IMG/VR virus record: IMGVR_UViG_3300025922_000001
Direction: 5' to 3' (one strand)
DNA length: 64,000 bases
DNA from: an uncultured virus (IMG/VR IMGVR_UViG_3300025922_000001)
Lineage: Duplodnaviria; Heunggongvirae; Uroviricota; Caudoviricetes
The notes under the pieces were generated by a model, which made no database searches, had not been told where the DNA came from, and worked only from the letters and a program-made list of their open reading frames with translations. Every line of letters begins with the position of its first letter. Position 1 is the first letter of the stretch. The translations under genes and the position numbers were made by a program. Shown here piece after piece: positions 20,093-29,292 of this stretch.

Positions 20093-20169
20093 GCGCTCTC
20101 CTATTTAAATCCCGGGTGGGAATTAAAAGAGGGGACCGAGCCTACCCTGGCCCGGCCCCCATAGAAGTG

Positions 20170-20241
20170 TTGTCACGACCGGATTCGAACCGGTTCATAC
20201 AGATTAGAAGTCTGTTGCTCTACCAAGTGAGCTACGTGTCG
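20170..20241 (-). tRNA. tRNA-Arg(TCT), imperfect acceptor stem
   Basis: D arm GCTC-ACTTGGTA-GAGC, ACAGA-CT TCT AA-TCTGT, ACCGGTTCGAATCCGGT; two acceptor mismatches. Confidence 0.75.
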
Positions 20242-20299
20242 GTTGTTGCCTGTGATTACGAACCCGGCGACGTTTAAGGATGCAACTCAGGTTTAATTC

Positions 20300-20370
20300 G
20301 CTCACGTGTTACCGCTAACACCAGGCAGCCACGCAGAGGCTGCCCCGGGATTTGAACCCGGGTCTTGAGC
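20300..20370 (-). ncRNA. circularly permuted tRNA-like domain 2
   Basis: Order GCTCA / T arm CCGGGTTCAAATCCCGG / GGCAGCC-tctgcgt-GGCTGCC / D arm GTGT-TAGCGGTA-ACAC / TGAGC. Confidence 0.85.
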
Positions 20371-20462
20371 TGATTAGGTCGCACCCGATTGATCCGGGAT
20401 CGCACAAGCTTAAGCTGAGGTTGTGGTACGGCAGGATGACTCTTGAAGCTGATAAGGTCGTG

Positions 20463-20538
20463 CCCAGCGCCTCTGCCAGTTTGGGCTACTCCGACTTGAG
20501 TGCCGGAGGCAGGGTTCGAACCTGCACTATGTCCTGGG
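20463..20538 (-). ncRNA. circularly permuted tRNA-like domain 1
   Basis: Order CCCAG / T arm GCAGGTTCGAACCCTGC / CTCCGGC-actcaa-GTCGGAG / TAGCCCAAACTGGCAGAGGCG / CTGGG. Confidence 0.85.
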
Positions 20539-20573
20539 TTTTTGCACTTCATGAGATTGAGGTTGGTACCGCG

Positions 20574-20661
20574 CTACACGGACGGGATTTGAACCCGCAA
20601 CCTTCCTGGCTTCACCACCACAGTCAGCCAGGATGCTCTGAACCGAGTGAGCTCCCGTGTA
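20574..20661 (-). ncRNA. tRNA-Asp-like RNA with enlarged anticodon arm (8-bp stem, 14-nt loop)
   Basis: Acceptor TACACGG/CCGTGTA+G, D arm GCTC..GAGC, TCCTGGCT-GACTGTGGTGGTGA-AGCCAGGA, GCGGGTTCAAATCCCGT. Confidence 0.75.
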
Positions 20662-20754
20662 AACCTTACAGCCCGAACATTCCCCTTGACAAACACCAAC
20701 CGGAATCCGAAGGTTTCCGAGCAGTTGGCCGACTAGGAAACTCTATCAAACCCG

Positions 20755-21492
20755 CTATTCTTCGAGCAGAAAGCCGAAGAGAGCGTCGCCGACGAATACG
20801 TTCTCGACGGTGACGAGGTTGGCTTCCTCACGTGCGATCTTCACCGCGTCGATGAGCTCGTTCACGCGGTTCACCAGCTTGTGCTGCTGAAGCGCCGTGA
20901 GTGCGCCAGAGAGGTGAGTCGTGGCCCACGTGCCGACGATCTGATCACGCACACGGTCGCGAGTCTGTGCCGGGTGACGCTCGTTGGGCGGCACCACGAC
21001 GACCGTTTCCTCGATCTTCTCCGAGCGGGTCGTTTCGACCGGCCGAGTGCGGCTGATGCCAGTGATCTCGTCGGTCGTCCACTCCTTGGCCGTGTCGAGC
21101 ACGGGGCACGCGGTGATGAACGTACGAACATCGATGAGCTGCTTCTCCAGGAAGAGGAGGTTGCTGCTCGAGACATCGTTCAGGATGACACGACCACGCA
21201 CGACCACATTGCCCTTGGCAACCTGATTGCCCGCGTCACGCGTTGCGGTCAGGTCCCACAGCTGACCGAGGTCAGTTGCGATGGCGCTGATCAGCGACGA
21301 GGCCACCAGCTGGACCTGAAGTGCCTCAGACGGAAGCTTCTGGCCCTCTTCCGCCTTGGGAGTGTACTCACGCGCGATACCCGCGAAGAGTGGCGCCTTC
21401 TGCACGTTCTTGTATGCTTCGTTCACGACCGTGCTGACTCGCGCCTTGAGCGTGCGCTGAAGCATGACGACCGAAATGAGACGACGAGACAT
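20755..21492 (-). CDS. conserved uncharacterised protein (recalled as DUF7873-like)
   Basis: LFAGIAREYTP..EEG..LP.E, LLFLEKQL, LSGAL, AVKIAREEAN, GDALFGFL resemble a widespread bacterial hypothetical family (from memory). Confidence 0.7.
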   Translation of the reverse strand: MSRRLISVVMLQRTLKARVSTVVNEAYKNVQKAPLFAGIAREYTPKAEEGQKLPSEALQVQLVASSLISAIATDLGQLWDLTATRDAGNQVAKGNVVVRGRVILNDVSSSNLLFLEKQLIDVRTFITACPVLDTAKEWTTDEITGISRTRPVETTRSEKIEETVVVVPPNERHPAQTRDRVRDQIVGTWATTHLSGALTALQQHKLVNRVNELIDAVKIAREEANLVTVENVFVGDALFGFLLEE

Positions 21493-21536
21493 GACTTCCT
21501 ATCCTGTGATCACTTTGAGGTTGATGTTGCGTGGTG

Positions 21537-22526
21537 TTAAGAGGAATGCTTGCGCTGGACACGCAGCCAAACGAACGAACCAAGTCCAAGTGCGATCAGA
21601 AATCCTGCGATTCCCAGGTACGTACCAATTCCTGATGTTCCCGTGTTCGCAAGTCCAGAGGTAGAGCCAACCGGAACTACCGCGGGTGCTGTAGTTGACG
21701 TTGTAGCCGACGTAGAACTCTCGACAGACGTCGTAGACGTAGTACTGGTGGTTGTTACCGGGGTAGTTGTTGCGGCGGTAGTAGAGGAGGTTGTAGAGGT
21801 GGTCGTTGTCGTGGTGGTGGCCGGTGAAGTCGACGTGGTCGTTTCAGTTGGAGTGCACAGGCTGAAGTTCCAGACACTGTCATTGAACGTCAACGTCTTG
21901 AGAACGCCGCGTGCTTCGGTGCCAACACCCAATGTGCCGAGTGAAAAGCCGACTGCGACAACTTTAGCATCCGGGTCGAACCCGGCGAAATCAGCGAGCG
22001 TCCCGTCCACGTTCGTGTTCGTCGGTACGGTGATGTTCTCTGGACCATCGACCCATCGTGATGGCTTTGATGCCCACCAGATATCGCCATACGCACTGGG
22101 TTCACCGACGAGAATGCCATCGTAGCCATCATCGGGATCGGAAGGCGTGCGGTCAACGACGAGCTGGTAGCCCGGCTTTGCTGAGCCGACCGACTGCACG
22201 AAGTCCAGTGAGGCGATATCAACATCAGCGAGCAGAGTTGGCGTGACGGCCACATAGCCGGCAACCTTCCCGCCTGCTGGGGAGACTGTCGTCGGATCTT
22301 GTTGCGCACGCGGTCCTGTGATGTCAAGTATGAGACCGTCAGGCACGAAGTCCTGGACTCGCACCGGGGAGTGCGCACGTGATTCGGTGAACTTCCACGT
22401 ACCGTCGATCTTACACACGCCACTCGGCACCGAGTCAGTGACTTGTGCTTCGGCGGTTGGTGAGCACAGGATCACCGGCACGAGCGATATGATGCCAATG
22501 ATGCCGGCTGCGATGAGCTTACGCAT
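21537..22526 (-). CDS. secreted, sortase-anchored surface protein (LAxTG)
   Basis: Signal peptide ending AEA, Thr/Ser-rich stalk, LANTG, hydrophobic helix, basic tail RVQRKH. Confidence 0.8.
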   Translation of the reverse strand: MRKLIAAGIIGIISLVPVILCSPTAEAQVTDSVPSGVCKIDGTWKFTESRAHSPVRVQDFVPDGLILDITGPRAQQDPTTVSPAGGKVAGYVAVTPTLLADVDIASLDFVQSVGSAKPGYQLVVDRTPSDPDDGYDGILVGEPSAYGDIWWASKPSRWVDGPENITVPTNTNVDGTLADFAGFDPDAKVVAVGFSLGTLGVGTEARGVLKTLTFNDSVWNFSLCTPTETTTSTSPATTTTTTTSTTSSTTAATTTPVTTTSTTSTTSVESSTSATTSTTAPAVVPVGSTSGLANTGTSGIGTYLGIAGFLIALGLGSFVWLRVQRKHSS

Positions 22527-22542
22527 GCTTGATGTTGCCCTT

Positions 22543-22860
22543 CTAGTCGGGGAACTTCATGGCAGCTATGGTGTCCTGCCATTCACGCTCGAGTGTTTTC
22601 CAGTTTGCCTGGATCGTGACGATGGGAGTTGTGAGGTGATTGTGCTGGAGCTCGAATCCGTACTTCACAGCATCAGTCAAGTACGCGATCTCAAGCACAG
22701 TCAGCGCACCGTCATAACCTACGCCCGTTGCCTGCGCTGCGACGCAACCCCAAGGATTCAACATGCGAATTCGAGCCGGGTCGATTCGGGAGAGCCAAAC
22801 ATCACGGCCAAGCTTCTCGTCGAGCAGATCGAGTCCGTTCTGAATCTCTACCTCGTACAC
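22543..22860 (-). CDS. hypothetical protein
   Basis: ORF with GAGGAG RBS within a minus-strand gene run. Confidence 0.6.
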   Translation of the reverse strand: MYEVEIQNGLDLLDEKLGRDVWLSRIDPARIRMLNPWGCVAAQATGVGYDGALTVLEIAYLTDAVKYGFELQHNHLTTPIVTIQANWKTLEREWQDTIAAMKFPD

Positions 22861-23094
22861 TGTATCTCTCCTCAGTTCCGCGGGTCTCGGGTTGAGAATT
22901 AATTGGGCGATGTCACCAAGTTTACCAAGATGATACCGCCCAGTGAGATGAGAAACACGGCGAGTGGAATGATCACCGACTTTGTGCTCTTGAGTTGTGT
23001 CAGCGCTGCCACTGAGAGAAGAGCCGACGCGAGTGCGAAGAGAGTTAGGATGATAAAGATCACCCAGAGTGATGTCTGGTTGAGTGCGGACACG

Positions 23095-24273
23095 TTAGTC
23101 ACCCTTCACATTGAGAATCTGGTGAAGCGTGTGCTTGATGGTGACAAGATCAATCGAGTCGGCCATCACGACGTCGATGTCCTTGTACGCACCGGGGATT
23201 TCATCGACGAACGCTGCACTGTCGCGGTACTCGATGCCCTTCATTGCTTCACGCAGGTCGTCATGCGTGAACATCTTTCGCGCAGTGGAACGCGAGAAGT
23301 TGCGCCCAGCGCCATGAGGTGAAGAGTCAAGGGACATGTAGTTACCCTTGCCCTGGACCACATACGATGCTGTCCCCATGGAACCAGGGATGAGACCCAT
23401 CTTTCCCGCGGTGGCATCGATGGCGCCCTTGCGCGACAGCCACACCTGCTTGCCGAAATGCTTCGCGGATGTGGTGTAGTTATGATGGCAGTTGATGGTC
23501 TCTTGCACCTCGATTGATTCGCCTGACCACTCCTCGACGCACAGCATGAGACGATCCATCATTTCTTCGCGATTGAACCACGCAAACTCCTGGGCCCATC
23601 GCATTTCACGGATGTACGCCCAGAACTCCTTATCACCTTCGACGAGGTATGCAAGATCCGGGTTGGGTAGGTTGATCCAACGCTTCTCACACTGCTGTGC
23701 CGCAATCTTGATGTGTCGCTGCGCGATCTTGTTGCCAACACCACGTGAGCCCGAGTGGAGAAAGAGCCACACGCGATCCATTTCGTCGATGGTGATCTCG
23801 ATGAAGTGATTGCCACCACCGAGTGTGCCGAGCTGAAGCTTCCAATTCGATGCATATGCGTCTGGATCGAACTCAGCTGACTCGAGAGCCTTCATCTCGA
23901 GGATGTCCGTGCGTAGCTTGGCGGTGTTGGTGAGTTGCGTGTTGTACTTACCGGCTGAGGTCGGGATGGTCGCTTCGATCAGTTCGCGAAGCGCCGTAAG
24001 AGACTTCTCGGATTCCGTGAAGTCATGTTTGGTGAATTGTGTACGCACTGCGATCATGCCGCAGCCGATATCCACGCCGACCGCCGCGGGCATGATGGCA
24101 CCGAGAGTTGGGATAACACTGCCGACGGTGCTTCCACGCCCAAGATGCGCATCAGGCATGAGAGCGACGTGTGGAAAGATGAACGGCATCGTTGAAGTCT
24201 GCTCGGCCTGCTTGCGTGTCTGGTCTTCGAGAATGGACGCGAAGTTGACGAGCTTATCGTTGATCTGTTCCAC
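23095..24273 (-). CDS. rtcB: RtcB RNA ligase
   Basis: MPDAHLG, VGVDIGCG, GTLGGGNHFIE, HSGSRG, HHNY, RKGA, PGSMG, HGAGR, DEIPGAYKDI. Confidence 0.97.
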   Translation of the reverse strand: MEQINDKLVNFASILEDQTRKQAEQTSTMPFIFPHVALMPDAHLGRGSTVGSVIPTLGAIMPAAVGVDIGCGMIAVRTQFTKHDFTESEKSLTALRELIEATIPTSAGKYNTQLTNTAKLRTDILEMKALESAEFDPDAYASNWKLQLGTLGGGNHFIEITIDEMDRVWLFLHSGSRGVGNKIAQRHIKIAAQQCEKRWINLPNPDLAYLVEGDKEFWAYIREMRWAQEFAWFNREEMMDRLMLCVEEWSGESIEVQETINCHHNYTTSAKHFGKQVWLSRKGAIDATAGKMGLIPGSMGTASYVVQGKGNYMSLDSSPHGAGRNFSRSTARKMFTHDDLREAMKGIEYRDSAAFVDEIPGAYKDIDVVMADSIDLVTIKHTLHQILNVKGD

Positions 24274-24306
24274 TGGTGTGCTCTCCTAGATTCGTTTAAC
24301 AACTTG

Positions 24307-24786
24307 CTATTGAGTATAACTGCGTGTTTTCTTACAGTCGCACACTGCGCAACCAGCGCGGTAGAGACCATCTGAAGTGTAGTCATGCACGATCATGACA
24401 TGACCACAATCACAACGAACAGTGGGTTTGCTTTCATTAGGCATTACGAGGCCATGCGCACCAAAAAGTCGGTACATCGCGTCAGTGGTAAATCGTTGAC
24501 GCAGGCGAGCGAAGTCAATCGGCTTTGGTATCGCAGTGACCATTTCATACGCTTTCGCGTACGCGGCCTCCCACGTACGAAACGCAGAAATATCGGTGCC
24601 ACCGCGCTCATCCGAAAGGATCCACGGATAAAGCATATACATGAGCCACTCACTAGATGTCCAATAACCGTCATCACGTCGAAGTTTTCTGATGTGAAGA
24701 CGCTTGGGGATCGTGTGAACGCCACCTAGTTTCTTAAGGTCTTCATATGAAACATCATACTCACCCGGTGGAAGCTTCTCGTTCAT
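24307..24786 (-). CDS. hypothetical protein with C-terminal Cys/His cluster
   Basis: ORF coupled to upstream gene; CDCGH...H...C..CDC. Confidence 0.55.
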   Translation of the reverse strand: MNEKLPPGEYDVSYEDLKKLGGVHTIPKRLHIRKLRRDDGYWTSSEWLMYMLYPWILSDERGGTDISAFRTWEAAYAKAYEMVTAIPKPIDFARLRQRFTTDAMYRLFGAHGLVMPNESKPTVRCDCGHVMIVHDYTSDGLYRAGCAVCDCKKTRSYTQ

Positions 24787-25298
24787 GCCGTCGCTCGCTG
24801 AGTGTAGGCACGCTCGAGGTCGGTGTCGAACCCAGCGGCTTGTGCAAGTGCACGTGCCGCCGGGCGTGTGAGGAAGGGAGGTTGTGCGTCGCCAGACGGC
24901 CCGGTCTTACGGATGGTGAATGCCTCGATGACTTCATGAGGTGAGCGAACGGCTTCGTAGCGATAGTGCACCACTTCTCCAGGCACGATCGAGACGCCCG
25001 AGTGGTGGAGTAGATAGTTGGATCCCGCGAGCTCGCCATCCTCCTCAGCGGACGCCACGAGGCGGAAAATGCGGGTCTCGAACCACCGGCACGCGTTGCA
25101 GTGGTGCTTGGGCTGCGCAAACTCGGCATCATCCAAATGGTTGTGGTGTCGAGTCCGTGCAGACGAACCGATGCCGATGAACCGAGCATTGATCACGATC
25201 GGTTCACTACGACTTACCGGCAGGGTCCAGGTGGTGCGGTGGCCGACGCTGCGGACGTGGGGAAGCTTCATATGATCGTTGAGCACGCTTGACATCGT
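24783..25298 (-). CDS. hypothetical protein
   Basis: RBS-preceded start within the 224-aa ORF; C.ACRW.E motif. Confidence 0.55.
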   Translation of the reverse strand, partial: TMSSVLNDHMKLPHVRSVGHRTTWTLPVSRSEPIVINARFIGIGSSARTRHHNHLDDAEFAQPKHHCNACRWFETRIFRLVASAEEDGELAGSNYLLHHSGVSIVPGEVVHYRYEAVRSPHEVIEAFTIRKTGPSGDAQPPFLTRPAARALAQAAGFDTDLERAYTQRATA

Positions 25299-25484
25299 GT
25301 CGTCCTCTCCTAGTTTCCTATGGGTGGTGCAGTACAGCATAAGCTGGTTGCTGGCCGGGCGTTGTGATCTTGGAATCACGTACCCGGCCAGCGTGACCGA
25401 CCCTGGGGGAGCACGGTCGGGGGGTCGTGCGGGGTCGGTCGATGGCAACTCTAACAAGCGGGTGTCTAGCGGTGAGATGATGTG

Positions 25485-25838
25485 TTACTTGCAGAAATAC
25501 TTGTCTGCCGTTTCGTACATGACACGCGCTTGGATTTCGGTGTAACTGTTGATGAGACCCGAGATGATGCTGTCACGTGAGATGCCCGCTTCACGCTGCT
25601 GACACGTCAACTTACCGATTGCGATGACTGAACTTTCTTCAAGATCAGTGTCCGCGTCAGCGCCGAGAACTGGTTGAACGTCGGACAAGTACGCTCGTTC
25701 TTTCGCGGTATAAGAACGATTGGTGTCTGTCTTCGTAGGCGTGCATGCGGTGAGGGATAGGATGACACCTACGCCTGCGAGAAGAATGACGATGAGTGCT
25801 GCAATCTGGATCATCTGATGACGGTAGTTTTTGTCCAT
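25485..25838 (-). CDS. DUF732-like lipoprotein
   Basis: LTAC lipobox, E.AYL, G..TC, A...FC. Confidence 0.6.
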   Translation of the reverse strand: MDKNYRHQMIQIAALIVILLAGVGVILSLTACTPTKTDTNRSYTAKERAYLSDVQPVLGADADTDLEESSVIAIGKLTCQQREAGISRDSIISGLINSYTEIQARVMYETADKYFCK

Positions 25839-26102
25839 AATAAGGGGCTGCTTTCCTAGGTCCTAAGTGTACTCTCTGATCAAGACAGCGGGCAGCGAGG
25901 TTGTAGATTTGAGGTCTACTCTTCGATGAAACTGCCCGATGCGAGCAGTGCCAAGAGCACGCTCGATGCACAAGTCCAGTGGGATTGGACGAAACAAAGA
26001 ACACGCTCTTGGCACCGTTGTGCTCAGGCTCGACACCCCTCCGAAAGGTGAGATACCCGTGGCAGATAGTATCACGCGCCGACTTCACGGTGAGGGTCAG
26101 GG

Positions 26103-28466
26103 ATGACGGGGCCGTATGGGGAGGCCGCGGAGCTTTACCGCAATGCTGGTTGGCAGGGTGTGCTGCCTATTGTGGGTAAACGAATGGCACCGACTGGGTA
26201 CACCGGGTATAACGGTGCATGGCCTACTGATGCCGTCATTGATGACTGGGTGAATGTCCGGGGCGATGAGAACATCGGTCTGCGCATGCCTGATGACATC
26301 ATCGGTATCGATGTCGACGCGTATGACGGACGTAAGGGCCTCGAGACCATCGAGTGGTGGGAATCACAGCTGGATTGTGTACTGCCGCTTTCACCCAGGT
26401 CCAGTGCGAGAACCGATGGCTCGGGCATCAGGTTCTTCCGGGTTCCGCCTGGCTTGAACTGGAAGTCGGATCTTGGCACCGGCTCAAACGTCGAGATCAT
26501 CCGCTTCGGGCACCGGTTCGCCATGGTGTGGCCGTCTGTGCATCCTGACATCAATGAGACGTACAAGTGGCTCGCGCCGGATAGCACGGTCTTGGATGAC
26601 ATCCCGATGGCGGGGGAATTCCCTGCGCTGCCTGACGAATGGGTCGCGGGACTACAAGCAGGTAGTGGTCCTCGAACGTCTGGTAGTGGTGAAGATCATA
26701 GTGGTGATGACGCACCTATCACTGCACGAGATGGTTCAGTCATCAATGTTGAAGCAATGTATACGCATGGCTTGCCTGATGGTGAACAGAATAAGATGCT
26801 TTTCGACTACATGTGTTCCATGCGAGCAAGGAACTTTCGACATGTTGAGATGATCAATGCTGGTATGGTCTTGCTTCAGCGTATGGAAAATCGTATTGGC
26901 GATAAGCCATGGGGTGTCGAAGACATCACAGATATGGTTAGTCGTGTTAGGCGTAGTTACCCCGCGGGATTGTCATCAGGAATGATGCAGGGTTTGGGTC
27001 CGGGGGCTCTCGCGTACGCACAACGACTCGCCGGTGGACAGGCTGTCACCGAGGTTAGTGAACTTCCACCACGTGAAGCTCTTGCAACCGACATGGGTAA
27101 CTCCATGCGGATGGTGCAGTTGCTCGGAGATCGTATTCGCTACTCAGCTAATGAAGATCAGTGGTATGTCTGGGACGATCGACGTTGGTGTCCTGATGAA
27201 ACAAACCGCGTGATGGATCTCACTAAGACCGTTATCGACTCAATTCGTGCCGACGCCATTGTCGCTGAAGGAGATGAACGCACTCGCTGGCTTAACTGGG
27301 CAAGAGACTCGGAAAGCATTGCACGTCGTAAAGCAATGATCGCTGGTGCCGAGTCTGAGCCTGAGCTTGTCATTACCACAAATGATCTCGACACCGACTC
27401 AAATATTCTCGTCGTGCGAAACGGTACCTTGGACTTGCGCACAGGGCAATTGCGAGAGTCGAGAAGGGAAGAGCTGTGTAGTCATTTGGCTGAAGTAGAC
27501 TTTGATGCTGATGCTTCGTATGAACGTTGGCTTGGGCACGTAAGCTTCTTGTGCAATGATGATCCCGTTCTTATGGCATACATTCAACGTGCGGCTGGCT
27601 ACACACTTACGGGCAACGTCGGCGCAAGGTCGTTCTTCTTCATGGAAGGCACTGGGTCAAATGGCAAAAACGCGTTCATTGAACCGTTGATGATGGTGAT
27701 GGGTTCGTACGCGAAGACTGCTACCACTGCACTGTTGACTGGTGGTGATGAGCAGCATCCCACCATCCTGGCGGATCTGCAAGGATCAAGATTGGTGTTC
27801 ATCGATGAGACACGGCAGGGTAAGGCGCTGAACGTCGAGCGACTGAAAGCTTTGACAGGAAGCAAGCGCGTCAAGGCACGGAAAATGCAAAAGGACTTCT
27901 TTGAGTTCGACGCGCAGTTTAAGCTGTGGATCGCTGGGAATGGGCAACCTACCATCAGGGATCCCAGTGATGGTGTCTGGAATCGAATGCATCGCATTGT
28001 CTGTCATGGCAAGGTCGCACCCGGTAAAGTTATCGATCGCTTTGGCGACCTACTTTACGCAGAAGAGGCGTCGGGCATTCTTCGTTGGGCACTTGAGGGA
28101 CTGCGGGGTTGGCGTGAACTTGGCGGGCTAGGGATTCCGGACAGCATCAAGGAAGATGTGCAGTCTTATCGTGATGATGAAGACTACGTTGGGCAGTTCA
28201 TCGAGGATGTCTTGGTTAAGACAGGAAATACCGGAGATTTCATCTTCAACACTGACTTGTACTTTGCCTATGAACAGTGGGCTACTGCTCATGGCTTGCG
28301 CGGTATCGATAAGTTGAATTCTGCGCTCTTGGGTAAAGCATTGGGATCACATGGCATTGGGCGGCCTAAGCAGGGTAAGATGCGGAATGGCAAGCGCGAA
28401 CGTGGCTATTGCGGTGTTGCGTTTAGTGATGGTAAGGCTGACTGGGTCAATAGCTTTAAGCAGTAG
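26103..28466 (+). CDS. bifunctional primase-polymerase / D5-like (P4-type) helicase
   Basis: NIGLR...IIGIDVD Prim-Pol motif; TDMGN, G.GSNGK, KALTG, GVWNR of phage/plasmid primase. Confidence 0.92.
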   Translation: MTGPYGEAAELYRNAGWQGVLPIVGKRMAPTGYTGYNGAWPTDAVIDDWVNVRGDENIGLRMPDDIIGIDVDAYDGRKGLETIEWWESQLDCVLPLSPRSSARTDGSGIRFFRVPPGLNWKSDLGTGSNVEIIRFGHRFAMVWPSVHPDINETYKWLAPDSTVLDDIPMAGEFPALPDEWVAGLQAGSGPRTSGSGEDHSGDDAPITARDGSVINVEAMYTHGLPDGEQNKMLFDYMCSMRARNFRHVEMINAGMVLLQRMENRIGDKPWGVEDITDMVSRVRRSYPAGLSSGMMQGLGPGALAYAQRLAGGQAVTEVSELPPREALATDMGNSMRMVQLLGDRIRYSANEDQWYVWDDRRWCPDETNRVMDLTKTVIDSIRADAIVAEGDERTRWLNWARDSESIARRKAMIAGAESEPELVITTNDLDTDSNILVVRNGTLDLRTGQLRESRREELCSHLAEVDFDADASYERWLGHVSFLCNDDPVLMAYIQRAAGYTLTGNVGARSFFFMEGTGSNGKNAFIEPLMMVMGSYAKTATTALLTGGDEQHPTILADLQGSRLVFIDETRQGKALNVERLKALTGSKRVKARKMQKDFFEFDAQFKLWIAGNGQPTIRDPSDGVWNRMHRIVCHGKVAPGKVIDRFGDLLYAEEASGILRWALEGLRGWRELGGLGIPDSIKEDVQSYRDDEDYVGQFIEDVLVKTGNTGDFIFNTDLYFAYEQWATAHGLRGIDKLNSALLGKALGSHGIGRPKQGKMRNGKRERGYCGVAFSDGKADWVNSFKQ

Positions 28467-28486
28467 TTATAGATCTTGAGACTAAC

Positions 28487-28873
28487 TTGTGAACAGTGAA
28501 CAGCAGTTGGAAAAAATTGCTGTTCAGTGAACAGGAAGACTAATGTTTGTGAACAGTAAGCGTCGACTTGTGAACAGCAGGATCGACGCTTACTGTTCAC
28601 AATGATAAGAGATCTTATGAGGTTCTGAAGTCGATGAATGGGGTATTTTTTAGTCTTGTGAACAGAGTGAACAGAAAGAACAGTAAAATCTCCAATTGTC
28701 AGTATACGCCCCTCTGAGTCACTAAGACTAACATGGTTAATACAAACGGACTACGCGACCGTCCGTATTGGCAACTACCGGAGAGTTGCTGTTCACCTGT
28801 TCATAGGAGGACATATTTAATAAAAACCCGCGCCTGTGAACAGCAATTTTGTTGATCTCCGGAGAGCTGTTCA
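28487..28873. repeat. iteron array, putative replication origin
   Basis: More than a dozen (TG)TGAACAG / CTGTTCA copies in both orientations in an AT-richer gap after the primase. Confidence 0.8.
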
Positions 28874-29292
28874 GGGCTGTTTTTGAGCAAATGTCAAGTA
28901 ACGATCGTAGGATAAGGTTAAAGACATGAATGAAACCGAGTGGGATAAGAAGCGTAAGTGGTTTCCCGTATCAGCGGTGCCGATGCCTAACACTATGGCA
29001 TGGCGAAAATTTAGCGAGAATGGTCCATGGGTTAAACTCGCTGAATGCCCAGTTGCTCTTGTTACTTATCATCTATGCGAGGTGATGGAAGTAAAATCAA
29101 ATGCAATAGAGTACGCACGTTGTAATGACTTTGTGTATGATATGTTTGTAACTCCTTCGCTTTGGGTGAATGACTCAGGTAACTTCTGGTCACCTCAAAT
29201 TAAGAATACATTTGATCCATACCGCGCTACTGATGCACTCATTGCATTTATGCCACATGGCGTCAATCTTGGGTAAGCGAGCCGATCGTAAG

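Larger units (their letters stand above)
20241..20701 (-). ncRNA. candidate large structured ncRNA with three tRNA-like domains
   Basis: Ends pair (GGTTGGTGTTTGT 20689-20701 with ACAGGCAACAACC 20241-20253; TAAGG with CCTTA); encloses the three domains listed next. Confidence 0.6.

Noticed and set aside
20338..20436. Intron-containing tRNA-His(GTG) reading
   Set aside because: The acceptor, D and anticodon stems are poor in that register; the permuted fold 20300-20370 pairs perfectly
21700..21850. Low-complexity GTN/ACN repeats (also 9040-9160)
   Set aside because: They encode Thr/Ser- and Pro/Ala-rich linkers, not independent repeat elements
25987..26040. GGACGAAAC resembling a hammerhead 5' half
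   Set aside because: No GTC-closed stem III and no downstream CTGANGA with a complementary arm
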